DNA of 64,000 bases from Lingula anatina (GCA_051362555.1 CM120642.1:20398001-20462000), one strand, 5' to 3'; shown: positions 26,601 to 40,600, counted from the first letter of the stretch. Notes: generated by a model from the sequence alone, not told the origin. Numbers and translations: made by a program.

Positions 26601-29600
26601 CTACTTTTCACCATAAACTGAACTTTGCAAATTTTGCTTCCCTTTTATCTCCAAAACTGGCAGAGATAGGTCCATAGTTACTATTGAACTTGAATAGGAA
26701 GTCATATACTGGCAATCTAAATATGACCTTAAAATTGACCTTTGACCTACTTTCACCATGAACTGAACTTTGCAAATTTTGCTTTGCTTTTATCTCCAAA
26801 ACTGGCAGAGATAGGTCCATAGTTACTATTGAACTTGAATAGGAAGTCATATACTGGCAATCTAAATGTGACCTTAAAATTGACCTTTGACCTACTTTTC
26901 ACCATGAACTGAACTTTGCAAATTTTGCTTTCCTTTTATCTCCAAAACTGGCAGATATAGGTCCGTAGTTACTATTGAACTTGAATAGGAAGTCATATAC
27001 TGGCAATCTAAATGTGACCTTAAAATTGACCTTTGACCTACTTTTTACCATAAACTGAACTTTGCAAATTTTGCTTCCCTTTTATCTCCAAAACTGGCAG
27101 AGATAGGTCCATAGTTACTATTGAACTTGAATAGGAAATCATATACTGGCAATCTAAATGTGACCTTAAAATTGACCTTTGACCTACTTTTCACCATGAA
27201 CTGAACTTTGCAAATTTTGCTTCCCTTTTATCTCCAAATCTGGCAGAGATAGGTCCATAGTTACTATTGAACTTGAATAGGAAGTCATATACTGGCAATC
27301 TAAATGTGACCTTAAAATTGACTTTTGACCTACTTTTCACCATGAACTGAACTTTGCAAATTTTGCTTTCCTTTTATCTCCAAAACTGGCAGAGATGGTT
27401 CCATAGTTACTATTGAACTTGAATAGGAAGTCCTATACTGGCAATCTAAGTGTGACCTTGAAATTGACCTTTGACCTACTTTTCACCATGAACTGAATTT
27501 TGCAAATTTTGCTTCCCTTTTATCTCCAAAACTGGCAGAGATAGGTCCATAGTTACTATTGAACTTTAATAGGAAGTCCTATACTGGCAATCTAAGTGTG
27601 ACCTTGAAATTGACCTTTGACCTACTTTTTAACATGAAGTGAACTTTGCTAATTTCTTTCTCTTTTAACTTCAAACTTGACAGAGATAGGTCCATAGTTA
27701 CTCTTGAACTTGAATAGGAAGTCATATACTGGCAATTTACTGTGACCTTGAAATTGACCCTTGACCTATCTTACAAAGAACTTAAATTTGATTGTACCAT
27801 ATATATTTTTTGCAATAGTTTAAAAATTCTTGTTGATTGCATTTTTACAGCTTGTCAAGCACAAAACTGGTGGCTGTGTCCCTTATTTTGTGTATGTGGG
27901 GGTCTATACGAACGCGCTTGCTCCAGCTGGTGGTACAATATTCGGAGGCGGTATCGCCTCTCTGATCCTCTAGTTGTAACTCCACAGTTGTAACATTTAG
28001 TCCCTTATATCTCCAAAACTGGCAGAGATAGGTCCAAAGTTACTATTAAAGTTGAATAGGAAGTCACATACTGGCAATTTAACTGTGACCTTGAAATTGA
28101 CCTTTGACCTACTTTTCACCATGAACTGAACTTTGCCAATTTTCGTTCCCTTTTATCTTCAAAACTGGCAGAGATAGGTCCATAATTGCTATTGAACTTG
28201 AATAGGAAGTCATATACTGGCAATCTAAGTGTGACCTTGAAATTGACCTTTGACCTACTTTTCATCATGAATTAAACTTTGCAAATTTTTGTTCCCTTTT
28301 ATCTCCAAAACTGGCAGAGATAGATCCATAGTTACTATTGAACTTGAATAGGAAGCCATATACTGGCAATTAACTCTGACACTGAAATTTACCTTTGACC
28401 TACTTTTCACCATGAACTGAACTTTGCAAATTTTTGTTCCCTTTTATCTCCAAAACTGGCAAAGGTAGGTCCTTAGTTACTATTAAAGTTGAATAGGAAG
28501 TCATATACTGGCAATCTAAGTGTGACCTTAAAATTGACCTTTGACCTACTTTTTACCATGAACTGAACTTTGCAAATTTTCATTCCCTTTTATCTCCAAA
28601 ACTGGCAAAGATAGGTCCATAGTTACTATTGAATAAGAATAGAAAGTCACTAGAGGCAATTTACTGTGACCTTTTAATTGACCTTTGACCTACTTTTCAC
28701 CATGAACTGAACTTTGCTAATTTCTTTCCCTTTTATCTCCAAAACTGGCAGAGATAGGTCCATAGTTACTATTGAACTTGAATAGGAAGTAATACACTGG
28801 CAATCTGTGACCTTGAAATTCATCTTTGACCTACTTTTTTATGATGAACTGCTTTTTGCATGTTTTCTGGCCTTTAAATCTGCAAAATTGGTAAAGAAAT
28901 GCCCATGGTTACTATTGAACTTGAATAGAAATTCATATACTATGATATTGAAATTGACCTTTGACCTACTTTTTCACCATGAACTGAGCTTTGCATATTT
29001 TCTTGCTCCTCATATCTTCAAAACTAGCAGAGATGTGCCCGTTGTTGCCCCTAGGTTTTCTCTTTTGTCAGCATATATGCACCACTGACAACACATTTCA
29101 AGGGAAACCAATAGGCCTTTTGTCTAGAGAATCGCAGGAGTGATCAATGGTAGGAAAATGCAAGTCAATTCAAAAATCTGCTTGATTGTACCATTTTTAG
29201 TTATTTTATTTATTTATTTTTTTTTTTTTTTTGCATATTTTGAGAACTCTCGTTGGTTGTATTTTATAGAGCTTATCAAGCACAAGACTGGTGGTGGTGT
29301 CCCCTTTTTTTTTGGGGGGGGGGTCCATACGAATGCGCTTACTCCAGCTGGTGGTACAATATCCGGAGGCGGTATCGCCTCTCTGATCCTCTAGTTTACA
29401 TGCTTAAATTTACTTACACAAAAACTGATAAATTTCAGTAATCATCAATAGTCAATAATAATCAATAAACAGTATTTAAAACTCACCATTTCTGCCATTC
29501 CTTTAACTATAAATTGCAAGTAGCAAAAGTGAAATAACTGATCAAAAAAGAGAAACTATACTGTGTGTTACTCCTACCAAGGCACTGTGCTGAATGAAAC

Positions 29601-30073
29601 AAAGTGCAAAACTCATGGGGCACCACCCTGAATGAAAAGTTGTCATTTATGCAAATGAATGTCCATTGCATTAGTTGAACCGGACACCCAGCTCCTCAAT
29701 CTCAATAAGAGTAAACTAAACTTTACACTGTATATATATATATATATATTTATTTATTTATTTAGCTACTGGTATCATAAGTATAAGGCTTCCAGATTTG
29801 CATCCTGTAAGAACAATAAACAATATGAATTTATTCTAAATAATATTCAACTTCTGGCTGTTAATAATATACAATTACAGCATTTGCTTATTTAACCAAA
29901 CACTAAAACACAGTACATAGCACATAAACTTGATTTCAAATTATACGAGTAGCATAATACTGTATAAACTCCCTGTTCTTGTTTCACTGCTAACAATAGA
30001 AAGTCCAGTATATATTCCAATAATAAATAATACTATAAAACAATGTAAACTTACATTGTTACCAACTTGTGTG

Positions 30074-30131
<58 letters not shown>

Positions 30132-31251
30132 CCAGGTAGAAACTCAACTGCAATGCTGTCTTAGTTCAATCCTCAATTTGACAGTGTCCACAAGTAGAGG
30201 CTATATACCATGTTAGCAAACTCCTCTACTCTTCAACTGTCCAGCTACACAGACCAACTCCCAACTCACAAGTGGAAGTGTCCTAGTATATCTGACTTAC
30301 ACCTCACTGTCCACTAGGTCATATTACTAGTGAGTAGTAATCAAGTAAATGTTCTGATACGGTAAAGTCTTGAAAATTTCGTCGTTCTTGAAAATTTCGT
30401 CGGCAGACGATTTTCCGCCGACGTAATTTTTTTCCCTTTGAAAACTTCGTCGACCTTGAAAATCAGGTACTCGATAATTTTTGAAAAATTCGTCACCAAA
30501 TATGGCCGCATTGTCCAGCTCAAACATGAAGGTAATGCGTCAGTTGATTCAAGACAATGATAAGATCAGGATATCATTGCCGATAACACTCTCAATGGGA
30601 GATAGGAACAATAGTGCGCTCCTGCGAGCGGTTACTCACAATATAGATGGTTTAGATGTGAATTCCCGTTCTCAGTTGCGGGAACGTCGGCCTTTTGTCT
30701 TTAGTTTCATTACTATTACCTGGCTTAAGGTGCATTATCAAGCCGGCAAATAGAAGTCACAGGCCGCAGCTTTGTCATTTGTAACGCCGTTATTGTTATC
30801 GGCGGCTGTCCTAAATGAGAAAGACACAATGAAAAAATCAAGATATTATCTCGAAGTGAAATGTACCCTTCACTGCTATACATGTCCATGTTCAATTTAG
30901 GACCATTTAACGATTACCTGGCTCGTACATGGAGATCGTTCGCAATGCGAATGGGACAAGATGGCAATTTTCATATCTTCAGCGGAGAATCGTTCGCGTA
31001 ATATCGTCAACAGATCGTTCGCGATCCAAACAAGACGAGAAGATAATTTACATATTTGTAGGGGACTCCGTTCGCATAAGATCATCAGCGGGAGATCGTT
31101 TGCGATCCGAGCGAGACGAAAAGGCAATTTTCATATCATCATCGGGAGATCGTTCGCGATGTAAGTAAGAATGAAATGCAATTTTCATATTAGTTCAAGG
31201 GAATTAGGGAACTTCGTTCGTGGAAGATCGTCAGCGGGAGATTAATTCACA

Positions 31252-31282
<31 letters not shown>

Positions 31283-34200
31283 ACTTTGGATTTTTCAAAA
31301 ATATTCATTTGATCTCTAATCCGCCCCCCCCCCCTTCCCCGCTCATGGTATATCTTTGGCGGAGAATCGTTCGCGTAATATCCTCAGGACTTTGTTTGGT
31401 AAAATCATATCAGAGGGAGATCGTTCGGGATCCTAGCTTGACGTAAAGGCAATTTTCATATCTTCATCAGGAGATTGTTTGCGATATACGGTAATGTGCC
31501 AAGCATTTCGACGGGCCCAGTCAATCCGACCACAAAAATTATTTTATAAAATTAATTTTTCTGGACTCAAACAATTAGTCCATACGTCAAAATCATGGGA
31601 CAGAATTTTTTTCTTGTTCCGATTGTTCGACCACATCGTCGACAAGACTCGGTAAATTTTCAAGCCAGTGAAATAGATGCTGCATGCCTCGGCCCTTTGT
31701 CAATTGTTGTCCTTTCAATAGCTCTCGTCAATGAGGAAGAAACAATTAATTGAAGATCTAATCTGGAAGCATGACGTACCTGTCTTTTCCTTTGTCCCCG
31801 ATGACAATAATAGTGCTTATAGACATACAAATTTTGCTATTAAGCAGACTTGCCCTCGCTGACTGATTCATCACGCCCGTAACTGGGGAGGGGGGGGGTT
31901 AAAAAAAAGGTCTATTCTGGATGAAACCAAATATCGACAGTGGGTAAAATACGTCGTAAACACCTTCATATATAGACCATATATCGCGTTTGCTAGCAAT
32001 AAAAAGTTTGGGAAGAATAAGCAATTTATTTTCAAGTTCGATTGAAATATATATGCAGATGGGGAAACGTTCTTGAAGTCAACACAGCAAGATCTTACAT
32101 TTACTACAATCGACCAAAAGATCAGCGGGATCGACCGCCCAGACTTCTTGGCGCCAAATACCACGCGCTGTCAAAATCTGACGAACACGTGTCGCTGTTC
32201 ACCTACATGGATAACTGATTTGTCAACAATAAAAATGATGTCTTCCTTAACTCCATGGGAGCTTCATAGAGAGTTCCACTGGGTATTTACGTTACCTGTG
32301 AGTCTCTTTCTATTTCCCCAGATGCATGAAATGTTGATAATATTTAGCGTAATCCACGACGAACTCCATTCCTGTGACCCCCTCCCCCAAAATGGGACCG
32401 TCTTCATTACCATGTGGTTTTCGCTATGCTGGAACAGACCAGATAAAACCAGTCTCTCATTTCTGCATGTGCTCAATTCTCACGTCAAAATATAAATGCA
32501 CCTGTTTTGTGAAAATTATGGCAAGTAAATGCTTTTTTTACGTTCAGGTTGTATCAGTGGGGTTTTCAATATGCACCGTGGTTTGTGCACAGCGAGAGTA
32601 TATAAGTAAGAAAATCGGAAGAATGCCAGCAAAATACTGTATGTCTATCGGCACAGGTACGCTCCGTATTTTGCCTTTACTCAATATGTTTTTATATGAC
32701 ATGCTTTTTAAATAAAATACTTAATAGTAATTTGAAGTTACACCGATTTCCGTTTGAGTACCAGTTGGTATTCTTTGATACGGGTGATTGAATTTTCTTC
32801 GGAAGTACGTACGTCTACGCCTCGACGCTGAGCAAGCCTTGCGGGTTGAAAAAAAACTGATCTCAGACTTGTAAAAAATTTCAATTCGGTTGATTTCAGT
32901 TGTCATATTAAAATTCAAATAGGGCGTACGTAGATCACATAACTAGTTAAAGTCCACTTAAGCTACCGGTTTCAAATATAAGTGACCGGCCTTTGTTTAC
33001 AACACCTGTCTCCAGGGAAATACTCGTCCCACTTGTGAAGCGCATCATGAAAGTGATCGTAGGTGAGGGAAATATATAAATAAAAATTATAATTGTCGTC
33101 TTTTTTAATGTTAAGTAATGTTAGCACATATTGTACACAGCAAAATAAGATTTCAGGAGGATAAAACATGCCTGAAACACGTTAGGCGAAAATTGCGGCT
33201 TATCTTGCGTAACACTTCCGGTAAAATGCAATACTTCCAGAAAGATGGACGTTTTGGCAGATGCCCCTAACAATCCAACGATATCAAAGGTTTCCATTTG
33301 CTGTATTTTAATCAATTCGACCAAACTGACATTTCCATGAAATTAATTAATTAATCTTGGTCGAATTGTTTGGCATATTACCGTAAGCAATAATAAAATG
33401 CACTTTTCATATTAGTTCAAAGAACTTAGTTTGCGAACGATCGTCAGCGGGAGATCATAATTTTAACTCCGCCTCCCCCTTTGAATATTATAAATAATAT
33501 ATATATTTAGTTTTATCTTTAACCCCCCTTCCCCGCTCACGGCATATCTTCGGCGGAGAATCATTTGCGTAATATCGTCAGAACTTTGTTCGCGTAAAAT
33601 CGTCAGAGGGAGATCATTCGCAATCCGAGCGAGACGAAAAGGCAATTTTCAAATCATCATCGGGAGATCGTTCGCGAAAAAATTAGTCGGATTTACACAA
33701 TTAAAAATATTAATTAATTTTTAAGCGACGAAATTTTCAAGACTTTACCGTAATCATACACCAAGTGTTAGGAGACGCATTATTTCTATTGGGTATATAT
33801 GTGTAGACTACTAACAGGCTGTGTCAAACACCATGTAGACCATTGGTCTTACAAGTCACCAGGGATTTCATTGTGAAATCTATGGACCCAGAGCAAAAAC
33901 TGTTACCAGTTACTACGTGTACACACAGTTTTAGGGGTACTTCAATTTTACTGGCATTTGGCAATTGCAAGGGACAATGTTCATATCACAGGGGGTACTA
34001 GTAGCATTGTCTTTTTAATGCCTGAAACAGTAACTAAGACTGCATGGGTTCCCACAGATTTAGATCGGTCCATCTGGATCGACCTAACTCACTGGGAGAT
34101 CATGCTAAATTGCTGTCAGCTTCCAGAAGCCAAGGGTGCACAAAAGCTAATTGCCCCCTTAAAGGTTTTAGTAGGCAGGACATATATTTAAGCCGGTAAA

Positions 34201-34586
34201 GCTGACAGCAATCTAGTGAGACTCCCCAGGGCAATAGATTGATCTAAATATCTGTGGGAATGGTCTCTATGCATACACTCAGTTTTAGGGGGACTTCAAT
34301 TTTACTGGCATTTGGCAAGTGACAAATGTTGATATCACATGGTGAATTAGCAGCATTGTCTTTTTAAGACCTGAAACTTAAAGTAAGGGGTAAATCTAAG
34401 CAATTGATGTGTCCTCTCTTTTTTAACTGCTCTTGTAATGCGTGCTCTTTCAGACTGGTTTGTTTGAAGACATCAGTGAAGGGTTGAAAAAAGCCAAGGT
34501 GGTCGTGGCATGCATCTCGGATGAGGTAGGTAGTCTTCAATAATAATATGAGAACATTTATCATTACGCCTTTACAGGTTTAATAG

Positions 34587-34623
<37 letters not shown>

Positions 34624-37600
34624 CTGTCATAGTGATAATACGTGTATGCGTAAAACCTAATATAGTGCATTTGTTTAGACTGCTTTGTCGGATGTGGAAC
34701 CTAGGATGTAATTTATTAATTTCAGCACGCAAACTCCCCATAATGCTTGTTGAAGCTTACGCTAAAGTGCCATGAATTTCGAACGGCTCTTGAATTTCGA
34801 ACGATCTTAAAATCGGCCGTCTGGAGTTTTTTCTGGACCATGAATTTCGGCCAGTAAGCAATTTTGCGCGATCTTGATTTCGTGAATTTCGTACACCTTA
34901 AAATCGGCCACCGGGCTATTCTCGCGCTTAGAAAGATCTAACAGTTGGCAATGTTGCCCTAGCGTACCTTTACCTGAGTACTACATGTGCGGCCCAAGGT
35001 GCAAGATAATGATCGGTACAGTTAGTTTAGGACGCTAAACAACATCGTCATATCCATTCATTCAGATAACAGGAGAATCTATTAAGAGTTGTACTGTCAG
35101 GCTGTTGTTTCTTTACCGCAGTATTCGGTGTGAGATAGCGATCGGTAGTTTTGCTGAGGCGCACAATAGCATTGTTAACAGTAGAGACTTCAGTAACAGA
35201 ACAAAAGAGCAATATTAAGAGCTGCAATAAAGATTACCATTATTGCTCTCTTGTCTCGCTCAGATCGTTCACGATCTCCCGCTGACGATCTTCCGCTAAT
35301 GAAGTCCCTTGAAATGTACAAATGAAATGAAAAATATTTTTAAAAATTATAAATTCCAATAGGGAGGGATGGAGGGTTAAAAACAATCGAGAACGATCTC
35401 CGGCTGACGATCTTCCGCTGACGAAAGCCACTGAACGTGAATGAGCTTTCTCGTTTCACTCGGATTGCGACGCTGACGATACGAAAATTGCGTTCTCGTC
35501 TCGCCCTTTGGCTTACGAAGTCTCTTTAACAAATATGAAAATTGCCTCCTGGTCTCTCTCGGATTGCGAACGATCTCTCGCTGAAAATTTGAGAATAATA
35601 TCATGGTTGGCCAAAAAATTATATACGCACAGTGTATCCGTGCTGTGTATCCGTTAGGAAGTAGTTTCGTCTTGACTGAATATCAGCGTACACTACAAAG
35701 TAGTACCATTCATCTGTGACGCATCATAAAAGCAAGGTACGTCAAATTACTCTAAGAAAATTTCTTACAACGTCCACGGCTGTCCCGACAAGCCAAGACG
35801 TCATTAAAAAAAAAGTCGCAAGCCGTCTAGCCGTCTTTGAAAATATAGGCCGTCCGTTGATGTCAGCGGCCGTCCAAATGACGCCTGGACGGTTCGCTGG
35901 GAAAAGCCTTGCTCATAAGGGTATATTTATTTAACTAGGGGCTTACTGACATCACCCAGCTTACATGCGGGTGCATGCCTCCCAAAATTATATTAAAGGA
36001 TAAAATTGTAATATATCTAAGTTTAATTGTTTGTAAATTTTGTAAAAATTACCCATGCCACCCCGTTAGTTTGGAGGGTTAAGCTGGATCAAGTCCGTGT
36101 CAAAATTCTTTGAAACTTTGCAGGAAAAATCAATCTTCCTTTGTTTCTCTGGCTCCTTGTTTAGCCCGATGATCAGATTTATCTAGTGCCCCCAGGTCTG
36201 CTGGAACAGCTCTTTGAAAATAACACACAGGTAGATTTTTATCTGAGATAAATATCGCATTCGATACACTCAAGACAAAAGCTACCTGTGAGCTGAAGGG
36301 CACTTTACCCTCTAATTAAGAGGTAAAGCAAGTTCCAGCTAGATGGACGATTAAGATCGGACTTCAGATGGTAACTAGTATTGTTTACCTCAGTTCTGTG
36401 AAAGCAAACGAGAAGGGTATCAGAACAATGGTGCATATATAAATTATACAGAGAATTGGTACATTCAGGTGACGTTAACTTATAATCGAAGGGGATTTTT
36501 GATAATATTCCTTGAAAAGTACACTAGATTTATAGAGAATTATATCATGGTTGGCCAAAAAATTATATACGCAGTGTATCCGTGCTGTGTATCCGTTAGG
36601 AAGTAATTTCATCTTGACTGAATATCAGCGTACACTACAAAGTAGTACCATTCATCTGTGACGCATCATAAAAGCAAGGTACGTCAAATTACTCTAAGAA
36701 AATTTCTTACAACGTCCACGGCTGTCCCGACAAGCCAAGACGTCATTAAAAAAAAAGTCGCAAGCCGTCTAGCCGTCTTTGAAAATATAGGCCGTCCGGT
36801 GATGTCAGCGGCCGTCCTAATGATGGCTGGACGGTTCGCTGGGAAAAGCCTTGCTCATAAGGGTATATTTATTTAACTAGGGGCTTACTGACATCACCCA
36901 GCTTACATGCGGGTGCATGCCTCCCAAAATTATATTAAAGGATAAAATTGTAATATATCTAAGTTTAATTGTTTGTAAATTTTGTAAAAATTGCCCATGC
37001 CACCCTGTTAGTTTGGAGGGTTAAGCTGGATCAAGTCCGTGTCAAAATTCTTTGAAACTTTGCAGGAAAAATCAATCTTCCTTTGTTTCTCTGGCTCCTT
37101 GTTTAGCCCGATGATCAGATTTATCTAGTGCCCCCAGGTCTGCTGGAACAGCTCTTTGAAAATAACACACAGGTAGGTTTTTATCTGAGATAAATATCGC
37201 GTTCGATACACTCAAGACAAAAGCTACCTGTGAGCTGAAGGGCACTTTACCCTCTAATTAAGAGGTAAAGCAAGTTCCAGCTAGATGGACGATTAAGATC
37301 GGACTTCAGATGGTAACTAGTATTGTTTACCTCAGTTCTGTGAAAGCAAACGAGAAGGGTGTCAGAACAATGGTGCATATATAAATTATACAGAGAATTG
37401 GTACATTCAGGTGACGTTAACTTATAATCGAAGGGGATTTTTGATAATATTCCTTGAAAAGTACACTAGATTTATAGAGAATAATATCATGGTTGGCCAA
37501 AAAATTATATACGCACAGTGTATCCGTGCGTTTGCCTGGTTACGCCCCTGTCGCAAACCAGCAAACCATATCCTGCTGACTACATGAAAATTGCCTTCTA

Positions 37601-40600
37601 GCATGGACAAAAAAATCCAAGCTTCTATGCTTGCTCGGATCGCTGACGATCTCTTGCTGACGAATATAGTAACGAAGTCCCTTGAACTAGTGTGGAAATT
37701 GGCTTATTGTCATGCTCAGATCACTCACTATCTCCCACTGACGATCTTCCAGTCCCTCGAACGAATATAAAAACTGCCTTTTCGGTTTACTCTAGATTAC
37801 CTATCTCTCGCGTTTGTTTGAAGATGGTTGCAATGACAAAACGTACACGCTTTTCAAATGCGTACATTGACGCAGAAGACACTTATCGCAGATGAAGGCT
37901 ACCTGCACGTGCGCCATAGACACTGATCGGCTGTCGTCTCGGTTTCAGTGCACGGAAAGGAGCAACGGTAACACTAAGCTTCCATAGTAAAGGTTATCTG
38001 GCCATGGCAGACGCTAATCGTCGGCCGTCTCTCCCTCCGTCCACTCCCGTTCTGAGCGCCAGGATTGTTTTTGAAAAACGACACTAGTTTCTGGCTGCCA
38101 GAATCGCTTTTGAAAAACGACACTACTGATAACGATGCTGTTTTGCAGCCCTAGACAACAGTACTGCTCTATCTATGGGCCATAAACAGTGATCGGGTGA
38201 AAGTACGTGTATACCTTTGGTCGCAATTACCGACACTCACACATCATACATTATGGTAACTCTAAATAGAACGTCGGGAGAAGATAACTGAAGGCCTAGC
38301 AAAGAAGAGACAACTTCCGGTCAAAATTGACAGAATTCCATGAAATTCAAACTTTCGGAAGTTCTGAGCACCTCCATTTCATGAATTTCGGCCAGAACGA
38401 TTTTTTCCCAAATTTAATTATTTTCTGCTGTTCGAAATTCATGGCACATTACCGTAGATCTGCTTCCCCCCTCCCCACCCCCATATATTTATATTGAATA
38501 GAACTAATATCTATTTTAGTATGCCAACTCACCTAACTGCATGATGGAGCTAAGATTCGCCATGCTGAACTTATGCAAGCCTCTCGTGGCGTGTGTGGTG
38601 GGAACTAAGAACGAATGGGAAAGCAGTGAGGTTTGTAAAGAGAGAAGTCTCATTTTAACATTTTTATAAGCAGTTTTTTCTCCATGGCTGTTTTTTTCAG
38701 GTTTTCTCTTAAAGTCTGTTGAATTTAAGTCCTTTGCATATCAATCCTTATTTATCATGCTTTGTATGTTACTTCTGAATTGCTTTGTAAGACTGCATTC
38801 TTGACTTCTATTTATCAGTAAAATAATGTCTGAAAAATATAAATTCTGGCAACATACATATTTTGATGTGACATGTGCACAGTTTTTAGGGAGGTTATTT
38901 AAAGTTGATCTGTTTGATATCTTAGGTCAGCATCCTTCTAGTGCGTGGACAGGCCTCTGACACAAGTGAGAAGAATACTCTTCCCCCCAAGTTCAACTTT
39001 CAGGATAATCTGAAGGAATATCCACCAATGTTCCTGCAGGAAATACAAGACAAAATTGCTCAGGTGAAGGAGGAAATGGAAAAGAAAGAAGCTGTCAAGG
39101 CCCAACCTGCAGAAGCTGCAGATCATACACCAGCAGTGGAGAAACGACAGAAACAAGAGAAAATTATCTCTTTCCAGGTGATAAAATTGCAACATTTTAG
39201 GGGTGGGTTCGAAGCCCGATGAAATAAATGTTTCATTTTACAATTTTGAAGTTTGAAATTTTTATGAAATGCCACATTCACATGAAATGGCCCCAGTACA
39301 TGCACTGCAGTGATTGTATCTATAAGGCCACACTTTTTTATTTTTATTGATGACATCCTGCGCGCGCACCGATTTTCATCCATTCTTAAAAAAAAAAAAA
39401 AAATCACCCCCAAAGAAGTCGGTTGTCGCAAATGTCGTTATTGAAATTGCTGGAAAATGAGCTTTCTGCCCATGCGCATTATCACCACGTGGAAATAGAT
39501 TCAGATTCTTAATTGACAAACACCTTTACATGCAAGGTACAATCAATAACAATACTAGTCACTATAACATAGCACAGACAAAAAAATAGATAAATAAATA
39601 TAGATTATCATATTATTAATATAAATAACTATACAAACGGATAATTATGTCTTATTTCATAATCAGTTTACCAGGTTTGACCTACACGCCCAGTCTCTGC
39701 TGACAGCGCATAACGAATTTCACACTGGTATTATGTCAGAAATATATTATGAAATATATCAGCTTTGCCGTCAAATTCATCTCTAGGATTACTTTCAAAT
39801 TACACGTCAATAAAGTCATAAAGAGAACGGGGGCCGTCTTTTTGGATTGGTATGCCATTAATTTTGGGCATGGAGATATCATCTTTTTACAATTATACGA
39901 AAGGCTGGCGGTGGCCAGGGATTATCGCCCGGAACATTTCAGTGACATTCTGTCCAAAGCAGCATACATACCAGGTTTTTTGTAGCGAAAAAAAGGTTGA
40001 CAACGGCGTCGGGGTATTTGGTGGGCTGAAGGTCGGACAGGCCACCCGACAGTTTGGGTGCTTCGTGTGAGTCCAAGTAGACAAAATGGCATCGACCGAA
40101 ATGACTTTTAATGGATTTGTTAGTATTAGGCATATCCTTGCATCATTATTTTTAACATATCTGTGAAGTGTTCATTATGCTTAAATATATTCTGAGAATA
40201 CAAATAAAGACACACTGTTTGTTTGATATTTGTTTTATTGATTGCTATACCAACAAAATGCATGAAATAACCTTAAATAGATTTGGTAATATGCAGCATA
40301 TCTATTCATGACTTTTTTTACCTTTTACGAAGTGTTCACAATGCTTTAATATTTTGAGAGCATTCATGGATAAAGACATATTGTTAGTTTGATACGTGTT
40401 TCTGTGGTAAATTTGTGTTTCCATCTGTGCACTGACAGCATTCCTTTATTTAAGCAGAATTTTTTTTTTTTTTTTTTTTTTTTTGGACTTTTTTATCGCC
40501 CTCTCGCACCGATTTCGGGGTCCCCAGAGGATGTCATCCATAAAAATAAAAAAGTGTGGCCTAACAGGGGATAAAATTCTTATTATTATAAAATCAAAAT

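Larger units (their letters stand above)
18600..27975 (+). mobile_element. Helentron-like element copy B (same family as A) inserted in A
   Basis: Same termini as A. A sequence stops at ggcacatt(att) and resumes at gtaactccac (27976), collinear with B's own uninterrupted 24655-24700. Confidence 0.8.
17614..29396 (+). mobile_element. Helentron-like non-autonomous element copy A (outermost of a nest)
   Basis: 5' subTIR gtaccaccagc with a local inverted repeat and GC-rich microsatellite. 3' subTIR gctggtggtac, hairpin GAGGCG-gtat-CGCCTC, CTAGtt end. Confidence 0.8.

Noticed and set aside
19325-29030. Regular arrays as CRISPR
   Set aside because: These are head-to-tail 161-bp and 146-bp monomers with no unique spacers, no cas genes, and a eukaryotic intronic context.
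25236-29441. Repetitive ORFs (e.g. ...FRLPVYDFLFKFNSNYGP...)
   Set aside because: Translations of the 146-bp satellite and element tails; the monomer length is not a multiple of 3.
35716-36876. Two near-identical 72-aa ORFs
   Set aside because: By-products of the 942-bp duplication inside a non-autonomous transposon, with GTG starts and no recognisable homology.
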